DNA of 24,277 bases, taken from positions 1-24,277 of the forward strand of contig JANOAV010000166.1 in the NCBI GenBank assembly GCA_031411295.1. Reading direction: 5' to 3'. Positions 9,454 to 18,507 of this stretch are shown here, piece by piece. Position numbers and translations under genes: made by a program. The first letter of the stretch is position 1, and every line of letters begins with the position of its first letter. The notes beneath the pieces were generated by a model. That model worked only from the letters and a program-made list of their open reading frames with translations. It was not told the DNA's origin and did not search any database. Source of the stretch: Verrucomicrobiales bacterium (lineage in GTDB: Bacteria > Verrucomicrobiota > Verrucomicrobiia > Verrucomicrobiales > V1-33).

Positions 9454-9640
9454 ATGGCATTGCAGGCAAGCATGGCCTATTATCCCGCTGCATCCTACCA
9501 GTTTTTAACAGCCCACCTCATTTCGCGTTTTTTACCTTGCATAATCAGAAACTAATTTTACACCTAGACCGCACGCTTTTATGGCCAACTCATTCGCAGT
9601 CAAACTTGAGATAAATTTAGTGCAGCCCGATTTCTCTACC

Positions 9641-10162
9641 ATGCTTAACCCAATCCAAAAACTGTTGACCGGCTTCGTCATCCTAGCGGCGTTGTGGTTT
9701 CAGCAGATGGGTGGTCCACTTTTGGTGCAGGCAAATTCCTCTGTGTGGGATCATGACGGGCATCATCACGCGATGAGTGTTGTGGGGACGGGTGATTCAG
9801 TGGTTGTGACGCTGAGTCATTTGCCGGAGGCTGGGGAAGCGCACGATCATGGAATTTTAGACGATGACGATGACGAGGAGGATGTGGAGCAAGTCCCTGT
9901 TGTTGGGGGCCTCGGATTTTCTGCGCAGCATGGCCATCCTGATCATGTGTTGGCATTCTCGGCGTCGAAGTTCTCCCCCTGGCACCCGAACGGCGTGGTC
10001 TTCAAGGCTTGTTGTTGGGCGGAAATTCCCTGTTTAGCCAAGGAGGAAGCACCGCCAACCTCCATTGGTGTGTTTCTTGGAACTGGCATGGCGGCACGTC
10101 TGCCGCCTTGGAGTCAGTATGCTTTCAAGTGTGTCCTTCGGGCCACGGTGATGTTGGTTTAA
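9641..10162 (+). CDS. His/Asp-rich exported protein upstream of the czc operon (CzcI/DUF2946-like leader)
   Basis: ATG 9641, 173 aa. Hydrophobic N-terminus, His clusters HDGHHH, HDH and HGHPDH, acidic run DDDDDEED, C-terminal RLPP...LRATVMLV. Confidence 0.65.
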   Translation: MLNPIQKLLTGFVILAALWFQQMGGPLLVQANSSVWDHDGHHHAMSVVGTGDSVVVTLSHLPEAGEAHDHGILDDDDDEEDVEQVPVVGGLGFSAQHGHPDHVLAFSASKFSPWHPNGVVFKACCWAEIPCLAKEEAPPTSIGVFLGTGMAARLPPWSQYAFKCVLRATVMLV

Positions 10163-10285
10163 GAAGGAGCGGGATTGGTTCTCTGCCCCGGTGCGCTGCC
10201 ATGCTGGCAGGCCTGGTGCGATTTGCCTATTGGAGTCCCCGCATGATGCGGTGTGCCCCATCCTTCTTCCACCCAACTTTTCACC

Positions 10286-11530
10286 ATGAATTTTCAATTT
10301 CTCACGACTTTTTCCCTATTCGTTTTTACGGCATCGCTGAATGCCGAATCGCTCTCACTGGATGCCTTGGCTGCTCAGGCAGTCACTAAAAATCCTGAAA
10401 TCACTTACTTCGAGGCGGAAATAGCCGCTGCAAAAGGCGGGCGAAAATCCGCCGGACAAATCGCCAATCCTGACGTTTCCGTCCAGGGTGGCGGCAAACG
10501 GGTCAAGGATCTGAATGGCGCTGGACTCGGCAATGGGGCCGCTTGGGCGGTCTCCGTCTCGCAGACGTTTGAATGGCCGGGAAGGCTGGCGCTGCGCAAA
10601 GCGGTTGCAGATCGGCAGATTGAACTGGCGGAATTGGGGCTGGAAGAGTTCAAGACCGCTCTCTCAGCTAAAGTGCGGTTGCTGGGGTTTGTGGTCTCGG
10701 CCGCTCAGGAAAAAGAAGCTGCGGCTCGTGCTGCGGCCAAACGGTTTCAGGATGTGCTCTCGGTGCTGGTGCAGCGGGATGATACCGGCCCGACGCCGCT
10801 GCTGGAAGCCCGCATTTTGGAAGCAAATGTCCTTTCGCTGAATCGCCGAGCCAGTGAGGCTGCGCAGGAATTGCAAAAGGCCCGTGTGGAGCTGAATCAA
10901 CTCATTGGCCAGCCCTTGGACAGTGCGGTGGAAATCAGCACGCCCAAGGTGGCGCTGCCTCCCGCTCCAAGTGAAGGCGCTTTATTGACCTCAGCATGGC
11001 AACAAAATTTTGCCGTGCGTCGTCGCGTGGTGGAATTGAATCAACAAGGTTTTGCGGTGCGACTAACGCAAAATGAACGGATGCCCAGCGTGACGGTTGC
11101 GCCCTATCTGGCTGGGGAAAAGGCCAGTGACAAGCAGACAGAAATTGGCCTCAGCCTCTCAATTCCGTTGCCGTTGTGGAATCGCAACGAAGGAAACATC
11201 GAAGCCGCCAAGGCTCGCCAAGTGCAGGCGGAAGCCGCCTTGGGAGTGACTCGTCGCGAGCTGGAACGCGATGTCGCCACCCGTGCTGCTGCCTACCGCA
11301 AGCTGCTGGAAGAAATCTCCGCCTGGCAGCCGGATACGGTAGCCCGTTTCCGTGAAGCTGCGGAATTGGCGGATCGCCACTACCGCCTTGGTGCGGTGCC
11401 CGTGGCGACCTACATGGAGATGCAGCGATCCTATTTGGACGCGCTCGATGCCATGTTCAGCGCGCAAGCGGATGCGTTTGAGAATCGTCAGCAACTGGAA
11501 CTTCTCACCGGAAAGACCTTCGCCAAATGA
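10286..11530 (+). CDS. czcC: TolC-family outer membrane factor (CzcC-like)
   Basis: ATG 10286 with signal peptide (…ASLNA); motifs ANPDVSV, VSQTFEWPGRLALR, LSIPLPLWNRNEGNI, YRLG. Stop overlaps the czcA start (ATGA). Confidence 0.88.
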   Translation: MNFQFLTTFSLFVFTASLNAESLSLDALAAQAVTKNPEITYFEAEIAAAKGGRKSAGQIANPDVSVQGGGKRVKDLNGAGLGNGAAWAVSVSQTFEWPGRLALRKAVADRQIELAELGLEEFKTALSAKVRLLGFVVSAAQEKEAAARAAAKRFQDVLSVLVQRDDTGPTPLLEARILEANVLSLNRRASEAAQELQKARVELNQLIGQPLDSAVEISTPKVALPPAPSEGALLTSAWQQNFAVRRRVVELNQQGFAVRLTQNERMPSVTVAPYLAGEKASDKQTEIGLSLSIPLPLWNRNEGNIEAAKARQVQAEAALGVTRRELERDVATRAAAYRKLLEEISAWQPDTVARFREAAELADRHYRLGAVPVATYMEMQRSYLDALDAMFSAQADAFENRQQLELLTGKTFAK

Positions 11531-14500
11531 TTAACCAGATTCTTGAATTTTCGCTGCGTCAACGTGCTCTCGTGCTCTTGATGGCGGTCGGTCTGCTGGG
11601 CGCGGGTCTGTGGTCGGCGGTGCATCTTCCCATTGATGCGGTGCCGGACATTACGGGCGTGCAGGTGCAAATCAATACAGAGGTCGCGGCGTTGGCGGGG
11701 GAGGAATCGGAAAAGCTCGTCACCCGGCCCATTGAAATGGAACTGGCGGGTCTTCCGGGGGTGCGCGAAATGCGCTCTTTGACAAAATTCGGCCTGTCGC
11801 AAATCACGCTCGATTTCGATGATGACGCCGATATTTACCGCTGCCGTCAGCTCGTGGCCGAACGGCTTCAAGGCGTGCTGGATCAACTGCCTCCGGGCAC
11901 TTCACCCAAGCTCGCACCCATCAGCACGGGGTTGGGGGAAATTTTCTACTACTCCGTCAGCTACAAAGCAGACACAAAAAGCAAGCCCGCAGAGGAACTG
12001 GATCAACTCATCGAGTTGAGTGAGATTCAGGAATATGTCATCAAACCGTTGCTACGCACCGTTCCAGGTATCGCTGAAATCAACGGCACCGGAGGCTACG
12101 TGAAGCAGTTCATTATTCAGCCCAATCCGACAGCCCTCACGGAGGCGGGAATCACGTTCAGTGAACTTGCGGTGATCATCGGTAAAAACGTGGAGAACTC
12201 CGGGGGTGGCATTGTCAGTCGGGGCGGAGAGCAGTTGACCATTCGTGCTATCACTCGTGTGACTACGGCAGAAGAGTTGGGGAATCTGCCCATAAAGTTC
12301 GGCTCTGCCGTTCAGCCGCTTCTCGTCAAGGATGTGGCTGAGGTCAAAGTGGGCACGAAATTCCGCACCGGAGCGGCCACCTTGAACGGCAAGGAAACCG
12401 TCATTGGCACCACGCTCATGCTTTCAGGCGAAAACAGCCGGGAGGTGGCAGGACGGGTGAAAAAACGCATCGCGGAAATTCAAGGTAAGCTCCCGGAAGG
12501 GGTGGAAATTCAAGGTCAGTATGACCGCTCCATTCTCATCGACCGCACCACGGGCACCGTGAAAAAGAACCTTTTTGAGGGAGCTATTCTCGTCGTGGTG
12601 GTGCTCATGTTGCTGCTGGGAAATGTGCGGGCGGCCTTGATTGTGGCGACTGCCATCCCGTTGTCCTTTCTCTTTGCCCTCACTGGAATGTTGAAGGGCG
12701 GCGTGTCGGGAAATCTCATGTCCCTGGGGGCGGTGGATTTCGGCCTGATCATTGATGGCGCGGTCGTCATGGTGGAAAATATTGTTCGCCAACTGGCCCA
12801 TCGACAGCACCAACTGGGACGCACGCTGACCGCGGAGGAGCGCCACCATACCGTGCTCACCGCGAGCAAACAGGTTGGTAGTCCGATGTTCTTTGGCGTG
12901 CTCATCATCACGATTGTTTATATCCCGATTCTGGCCCTGACAGGAATCGAAGGGAAGATGTTCCATCCCATGGCCATCACGGTCATGCTGGCGCTAACCG
13001 GAGCGCTGCTGCTCTCTCTCACGCTCATGCCGGTGCTCTGCTCCTTTCTGCTGCGCGGGAAGATTTCCGAGAAGGATAATTTCGTGATTCATGCGGCCAA
13101 AGGCGTCTATGGACCTGTGTTGCGAATGGCCCTCAAAGCCCGCTTGCTCGTGGCCGCAGGGACCGTGGCGCTTTTTGTGGGGGCCGTGATGCTCTTCAAT
13201 CATCTGGGTGCGGACTTTGTCCCCAAGCTGGATGAAGGCTCCATCACTTCGATGCTTTATAAACCAGTCGGCATGAGCATGGAGGAATCATTGAAGACCG
13301 ATATTGAAGTGGAAAATATGCTGCTGAAAGCTTTCCCGGAGATCACCCGCATTTTCTCACGCATCGGCACCAGCGCCATCGCCTCTGATCCAATGCCGCC
13401 GAACGAGAGTGATGTTTACATCTTCTACAAGCCCATGGAAGAGTGGTCGAAAACTGCTGGTCGCCCCACTAGCAAATCCGAGCTGCGGGAGCACATCGAG
13501 GCCGAATTGAAGAAGCTGAATCCTGAATACGACATCCTCTTTGCCCAACCCATTGAGATGCGCTTCAACGAAATGCTGGAAGGCACCAAGGCGGAGATTG
13601 CCGTAAAGATTTACGGCAACGACTACGATGAATTGGAGAAACTGGGAGAACAGGTAAAAGGCATTCTCGAATCCACACCCGGAGCTGCCCAAGTGGAATT
13701 TGAAACGGACGGACGCACCCCGCAGTTAGAGATCACCGCCAAGCGCGAGGCTCTGCAACGCTATAATTTACAAGGCTCCGAGGTCAACGGAGCCGTAACA
13801 GCCGCCTTGGCCGGTGAGGTCGTGGGCAGCGCCTACGATGGCAACCGCCGTCGCGACATCCTCGTGAAAATGCCCGAAACCCTGCGAGCCGATGACGCAG
13901 AAATCCAGAAACTTCCGCTCCGCGTGGGTGAACACGGCATGGTGCCGTTTGGCAAAGTGGTGGATTTCAAAACGATCAAGGTCGTGGAACCCATCCAGCG
14001 GGATGATGGCCAACGCCGGGCCGCTCTCATGGTGAATCTCGGTGGTCGCGATGTGGAAGGCTACGTCAAAGAAGCCGAAGCGAGGATCAAATCCGAAGTG
14101 AAATTGCCCGATGGCTACATCGTCCAATTCGGAGGACAATTTGAAAACCTCCAGCAAGCCCGTGCCCGGTTGGCCGTGGTGGTGCCTTCCGCGCTGATTC
14201 TTATTTTTATTCTGATCTTCATCGCCTTTGGCAGTCTGCGTCAGGCGTTCATCATTTACAGCGGGATTCCGCTGGCGGTGACTGGTGGTGTGGCCGCGTT
14301 GTGGTTGCGAGATATGCCATTTAGCATCACGGCGGCAGTAGGCTTCATTGCGCTCAGTGGCGTGGCCGTGCTAAATGGACTGATGATGATTTCCTATTTC
14401 AACCAACTCCGCGAAGAAGGTCGCAGTAAACGAGAGGCGGTGCTTGAAGGCTCCCTCACACGGCTTCGGCCCGTGCTGATGACAGCGTTGGTTGCCAGTC

Positions 14501-14697
14501 TCGGTTTTGTTCCGATGGCCATCGCGACCGGGGCGGGAGCGGAAGTCCAACGCCCGTTGGCCACCGTGGTCATTGGCGGCATCCTCAGCTCTACCTTTCT
14601 CACCCTGGTCTTACTGCCGTTGTTATACGATTGGTTTGAAAAAGAGCGTTTGGCCAAATCGCCACTTCCTTCCACTTCGCCTGGATCATCTATATGA
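11527..14697 (+). CDS. czcA: CzcA/CusA-family heavy-metal efflux RND transporter
   Basis: 1056 aa. LPIDAVPDIT, RSLTKFGLS, LAPISTGLGEI, GNLMSLGAVDFGLIIDGAVVMVEN, EGKMFHPMA, QPIEMRFNE, RLRPVLMTALVASLGFVPMA, EVQRPLATVVIGG. These resemble divalent-cation CzcA-type pumps. Confidence 0.95.
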   Translation: MINQILEFSLRQRALVLLMAVGLLGAGLWSAVHLPIDAVPDITGVQVQINTEVAALAGEESEKLVTRPIEMELAGLPGVREMRSLTKFGLSQITLDFDDDADIYRCRQLVAERLQGVLDQLPPGTSPKLAPISTGLGEIFYYSVSYKADTKSKPAEELDQLIELSEIQEYVIKPLLRTVPGIAEINGTGGYVKQFIIQPNPTALTEAGITFSELAVIIGKNVENSGGGIVSRGGEQLTIRAITRVTTAEELGNLPIKFGSAVQPLLVKDVAEVKVGTKFRTGAATLNGKETVIGTTLMLSGENSREVAGRVKKRIAEIQGKLPEGVEIQGQYDRSILIDRTTGTVKKNLFEGAILVVVVLMLLLGNVRAALIVATAIPLSFLFALTGMLKGGVSGNLMSLGAVDFGLIIDGAVVMVENIVRQLAHRQHQLGRTLTAEERHHTVLTASKQVGSPMFFGVLIITIVYIPILALTGIEGKMFHPMAITVMLALTGALLLSLTLMPVLCSFLLRGKISEKDNFVIHAAKGVYGPVLRMALKARLLVAAGTVALFVGAVMLFNHLGADFVPKLDEGSITSMLYKPVGMSMEESLKTDIEVENMLLKAFPEITRIFSRIGTSAIASDPMPPNESDVYIFYKPMEEWSKTAGRPTSKSELREHIEAELKKLNPEYDILFAQPIEMRFNEMLEGTKAEIAVKIYGNDYDELEKLGEQVKGILESTPGAAQVEFETDGRTPQLEITAKREALQRYNLQGSEVNGAVTAALAGEVVGSAYDGNRRRDILVKMPETLRADDAEIQKLPLRVGEHGMVPFGKVVDFKTIKVVEPIQRDDGQRRAALMVNLGGRDVEGYVKEAEARIKSEVKLPDGYIVQFGGQFENLQQARARLAVVVPSALILIFILIFIAFGSLRQAFIIYSGIPLAVTGGVAALWLRDMPFSITAAVGFIALSGVAVLNGLMMISYFNQLREEGRSKREAVLEGSLTRLRPVLMTALVASLGFVPMAIATGAGAEVQRPLATVVIGGILSSTFLTLVLLPLLYDWFEKERLAKSPLPSTSPGSSI

Positions 14698-15893
14698 ACG
14701 CACCCCCCACTTCCCTTTGGCGGCATCGTGCCTTCCAACAACTTTTCTGGGCACATGCGCTGAGCCTAGTCGGAAGCGGCCTCTCATCGTTGGCTCTTGG
14801 GCTGCTGGCTCATCAGTTGGTGGGAGCATCAGCTTCCACTGTGCTGGGGATCACCTTGGCGATTCGGATCATCGTCATCGTCTTTTGTTCCCCATGGGCG
14901 GGCAAGCTGGCCGATCACTTCGGGGCACGTCGTTTGATGGTCGCTGCGGACCTCATGCGGACAGCGGTCGTCATCGGGTTTTTCTTCGCGGATTCCGTCT
15001 GGCAAATTTATGCCTTGGCCGTGCTGCTGAACTTTGGCTCTGCCATCTTCACGCCCATTTACCGGGCGGTCATTCCCGGCGTGGTGAGCGCGGAACAATA
15101 TCCCCGCGCCTTGGCAGTGGGTTCCATCGCTTATGACTCGGCCAATATTCTTGGCCCGTCATTGGCGGCGTTGGTCATTGCGGTGGCCGGGTTTCGCGGA
15201 AATTTCATCGTGGATGCGATCACCTTTCTGGGAAGTGCTGCATTGCTGTTCGGTCTGCCGCGTCTGGCCATCGAGAGCACTACGGGTGAGAAGAAACCAC
15301 CGACTTCCGTGAGGCACGGGCTGACAGCCATGATCCGGAGGGCACCGTTGCGCGAATCCCTCTTTCTGGCTTTCCAAACCAGTATTGGCGGGGCATTTGT
15401 CATCGTGGCTACAGTGGATTTTGTGAAGAACGATCTGAATCTCAGCGATTCTTCCTACGCTTGGGTCATGGCTTCGTTTGGAGTCGGTTCCGTTGTCGCT
15501 GCGCTGCTTTACAGCAAACTTTCAACGCGTGGCCGAAATGTCTCAGTGGTCGCCTGTGCCCCCGTTATGCTGGTGGCTCTGGTGGCAGTGGCACTGTTGC
15601 CTCAATACCTTACCCTCATCATCGCCTGGTGGTTTATCGGCATGGCTTACAGCATCCTTGGCATTCGCGGCAGCGAACTCCTGGCTGCAAACAGTGATGG
15701 GGCTGAGCGCTCTCATATCTACGCCGCCCATTTCGCCCTCAGCCACGCGGGCTGGGGACTCACCTATCCGTTGGCTGGCGTCACCACGACCGCGCTTGGT
15801 TTCGGTCCCACCGCTGGGATTTTCGCTGCTCTGATCGCGCTGGTATCGGCTCCCGTGTGGCTTTCTAACAAAGGCGGGACCAGCACTATTTAA
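14694..15893 (+). CDS. MFS transporter, NreB/NrsD-like (putative nickel resistance)
   Basis: 399 aa, about 12 TM. LVGSGLSSLALGLLA, GKLADHFGARRLMVAADLMR, and IYAAHFALSHAGWGLTYPLAG resembling NreB-type proteins. ATGA overlap with czcA. Confidence 0.8.
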   Translation: MNAPPTSLWRHRAFQQLFWAHALSLVGSGLSSLALGLLAHQLVGASASTVLGITLAIRIIVIVFCSPWAGKLADHFGARRLMVAADLMRTAVVIGFFFADSVWQIYALAVLLNFGSAIFTPIYRAVIPGVVSAEQYPRALAVGSIAYDSANILGPSLAALVIAVAGFRGNFIVDAITFLGSAALLFGLPRLAIESTTGEKKPPTSVRHGLTAMIRRAPLRESLFLAFQTSIGGAFVIVATVDFVKNDLNLSDSSYAWVMASFGVGSVVAALLYSKLSTRGRNVSVVACAPVMLVALVAVALLPQYLTLIIAWWFIGMAYSILGIRGSELLAANSDGAERSHIYAAHFALSHAGWGLTYPLAGVTTTALGFGPTAGIFAALIALVSAPVWLSNKGGTSTI

Positions 15894-15998
15894 CTAAACG
15901 TCACCACCCCCAAAAGTCCAAACCACAGCCCTGTTTTAGAACGAGCATCTATCATCGGTGCAGGCTCAGCAGTGAACGAGGGATGAGCAACTGGTTTC
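15890..15998 (-). pseudogene. Truncated duplicate of the EamA 5' end (107-bp direct repeat copy 2 at 15892-15998)
   Basis: Encodes MIDARSKTGLWFGLLGVVTFS* (ATG 15955, TAA 15890-15892), versus MIDSRSKAGLWFGLLGVVTFSF... in the intact gene. Abuts the MFS stop codon. Confidence 0.9.
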
Positions 15999-16026
15999 CA
16001 ACAGGAGGCCCCCACAGCCGCAGATC

Positions 16027-18507
16027 CTACCAGCCCGCGGCATCCTGCCAATTCCAAGCGCTGCCCAGCGCTGGCCGTTTCTGCTTGCTGTCCCAAACAA
16101 TGGTGTGCCAGCCGAATTGCGAGGGCTTGGTAAGGATGAGCGCCCGGCCGTATTTGGGATGTTCTGCCAGCACCTTGTCATGCTCCTTTTCCATTTCCCA
16201 CATAAGCTTTGGATCCGCCAGCAGCACGCCGTCTAGCTTGCTGCGGCCTTCCACGCCGATCACGAAATCTGGAAAAAACTGTTTACCGCTGGCCAGCATC
16301 AGATTCACGCTGTGCGGCTTGTGCGGCTCATTCCGATGCCACCACTGCACGATATTTCCTGGCGCAGCGTCCAAATTCTGGGCGAATGCCAGTTCCCACG
16401 TATTCAGGCCCGGCGGATAAATTCCGTAAATGTTGCGCATGGATTGCGTCACTGGCTGTTCAAACTCATAGGATTCAGGCAACTCCGCCGCATCCACTTC
16501 CTGCGCGCGTTCTGCGATAGCCTTTTTCTGCGCCTCAGCCAGCACACCGGGTTGCGCCACTAGCATGGCATTGAGGAATGCCGCCGCCGCTGCTTGATTG
16601 TCGTGCCCTCCCATGCCTTCTTGTTTAAAATAGGAGCGCAGTCGCGTCACCAGGAGTTTCCTCAACTCCTTGGCGCTGAACAAATCATTTTTTAGCAGCA
16701 CCTCCTGCGCTCGTCGCGCTAACTCAGCGGGTGCGATATCCGCTTGTTTGAAATCCAGCATCAGTTGCCCAGTGAACACCTCCAGCGTGCGCTGTGTTAC
16801 CTGCACCTTCGTAACCATTCCCGCCAGCAACGCCTCTGCGCTGACCAGGAAATGTTTTGCACAATCCTCTTCCAAATCCTCCACATCATCGGGAATAGTG
16901 ATGGCCACGAAGCGCTTTGGAGCTTCTGGTCGCAGGGCATAGCGGTGCTTTTTGGCCAAGGCCACCGTTTCTGAAGTGATGGCTGCGATAAACCCCGGCG
17001 TGCTGGCGGTCGGCGTTGGTGGCTGCACTAACGTGCCCCCATCCAGAGTTAATTCGATTTGCTCGTTACCGGAAATGTTCGTGCTAGTCGAAGTGACCGT
17101 CGTTCCCGGAGGCTGCGTTCCTCCCACCACTACTGGCAGCGTAAACGTCGTCGGAAACAGCGTCGTTTGGCCGCCTGGCCCCACTAACTGCAGGCCGTTT
17201 TGTCCGCCCACGCACACCACCGCCACCGTTGGCGCGGTCTTGTCCATCTCCGTCTTCATGGCATTCATGCGCACGCCAGCGGCTTGCAGACCTTCCTGCC
17301 CGGCGGGATTTGCCAGCAGCACGTAGCCGTAGTTCAGCGCGTCCGGCACGGACTTCCCTTGCAGCTTGCCATGCACCCGCAGGATCCGCCCCAGCAACTG
17401 CACGCCGAAGTCCTCATCCTTGGCGGAGCGCATACTTACCAGCGTGAACGCCCGTGGCGCATCGAATCCCAGCGCCACCGCCATTTTGAAAATCAGCACT
17501 TCCACACTCTCATCCTTGGCGAACGTCTCCAGCCCTTGATCCGGCTCGTCTGCCGTGTGAATGCGGATCGCCTCCTCGGCATAGCCGCATTGCAACAATT
17601 TCGCTTTGGCCCGGGCGGCAGCGTCCTTGCTCTTGGAATCCACCTGCACCATCAGCAGTGGGGTTAGGGAAATTTTGCTGGCCTGTAGTTTTTCCTTCAG
17701 ATCATCCTGGAGTTCCTTGGCGCAGCGCAAGCAGGTCATTTCCAGATCCACCAATCCAGCACTGGCGGCATCGGGCATAAAGCTGATGCACTTCACTCCG
17801 TTCTTCACCAAGCCTGCCGCCACGGCATCCGCCCGGCTCACGGCTATGCGATGCACGTTCTCGATGCCACAAGCCGCCTTCCATTTCGTGATGTCCTTAT
17901 CGTCGGGTGTGGCTGTGATCAGCACGGTGTATTCCGGCACGAGCACGTCTTTGTAGAAAGCCGCTGCCTGGCTTTGTCCTTGGAAACTATGGTGCGCCTC
18001 ATCCACCACCACGCCGATCTGGTATCCCATCTTCCGCAGTTCCGCCACCAGGGTATCCGTTCCTGCCGCCATTTCGCTGTCATTGCGAGCCGTGCGTTTT
18101 TCCTTGGCTTTCACAGCTACGGTTTGCCAGGTCGTCACGAACACATCACCCGAGCGACTCCCAGAGATTTCCCGATCCGTCGTCAAGTCCCGCACCCGCA
18201 AGCCAGCGCATTGCGTCTTGAGAAACGACACCGTCTGCCCCACCACGCCCTTGAAGGGAGCGAACCAGAACCACACGACATTTTCTTTCGCGGAGAATGT
18301 TTCCACCAAATGCGCCGCCATCAGCGTCTTGCCGGAACCCGTGGGTGCTTCCAGTAGCAGGCAACCCTGATGCGAAGCGATTCCTCGGCGTTCTTCAGCA
18401 CTGGCGGTGTCCGGCAGCGCAGCGTATTGCTGTTGCGCCCACGAGTAGTGGTGCAGCGCATTTTGCATGGCTTGCTCCTGGTAATTTTTCAGTGTTTTGA
18501 TCTTCAT
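16027..18507 (-). CDS. Type III restriction Res-like subunit: SF2 helicase with C-terminal PD-(D/E)xK-like nuclease
   Basis: 826 aa. Walker A EAPTGSGKT, Walker B VDEAHH, motif III TATP, motif V ALGFDAPRA, motif VI QLLGRILR; C-terminal FFPDFVI...LLADPK. Co-oriented with an adenine methyltransferase gene. Confidence 0.88.
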   Translation of the reverse strand: MKIKTLKNYQEQAMQNALHHYSWAQQQYAALPDTASAEERRGIASHQGCLLLEAPTGSGKTLMAAHLVETFSAKENVVWFWFAPFKGVVGQTVSFLKTQCAGLRVRDLTTDREISGSRSGDVFVTTWQTVAVKAKEKRTARNDSEMAAGTDTLVAELRKMGYQIGVVVDEAHHSFQGQSQAAAFYKDVLVPEYTVLITATPDDKDITKWKAACGIENVHRIAVSRADAVAAGLVKNGVKCISFMPDAASAGLVDLEMTCLRCAKELQDDLKEKLQASKISLTPLLMVQVDSKSKDAAARAKAKLLQCGYAEEAIRIHTADEPDQGLETFAKDESVEVLIFKMAVALGFDAPRAFTLVSMRSAKDEDFGVQLLGRILRVHGKLQGKSVPDALNYGYVLLANPAGQEGLQAAGVRMNAMKTEMDKTAPTVAVVCVGGQNGLQLVGPGGQTTLFPTTFTLPVVVGGTQPPGTTVTSTSTNISGNEQIELTLDGGTLVQPPTPTASTPGFIAAITSETVALAKKHRYALRPEAPKRFVAITIPDDVEDLEEDCAKHFLVSAEALLAGMVTKVQVTQRTLEVFTGQLMLDFKQADIAPAELARRAQEVLLKNDLFSAKELRKLLVTRLRSYFKQEGMGGHDNQAAAAAFLNAMLVAQPGVLAEAQKKAIAERAQEVDAAELPESYEFEQPVTQSMRNIYGIYPPGLNTWELAFAQNLDAAPGNIVQWWHRNEPHKPHSVNLMLASGKQFFPDFVIGVEGRSKLDGVLLADPKLMWEMEKEHDKVLAEHPKYGRALILTKPSQFGWHTIVWDSKQKRPALGSAWNWQDAAGW

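Noticed and set aside
10163..10285. NiCo (czcD) riboswitch upstream of czcC
   Set aside because: Hairpins are present, but I could not match the conserved four-way-junction sequence by eye. An Infernal/Rfam scan would settle it.
15890..16096. 68-aa minus-strand ORF as a real gene
   Set aside because: It is an off-frame read of the res 3' end joined to the duplicated EamA fragment; recorded as a pseudogene fragment instead.
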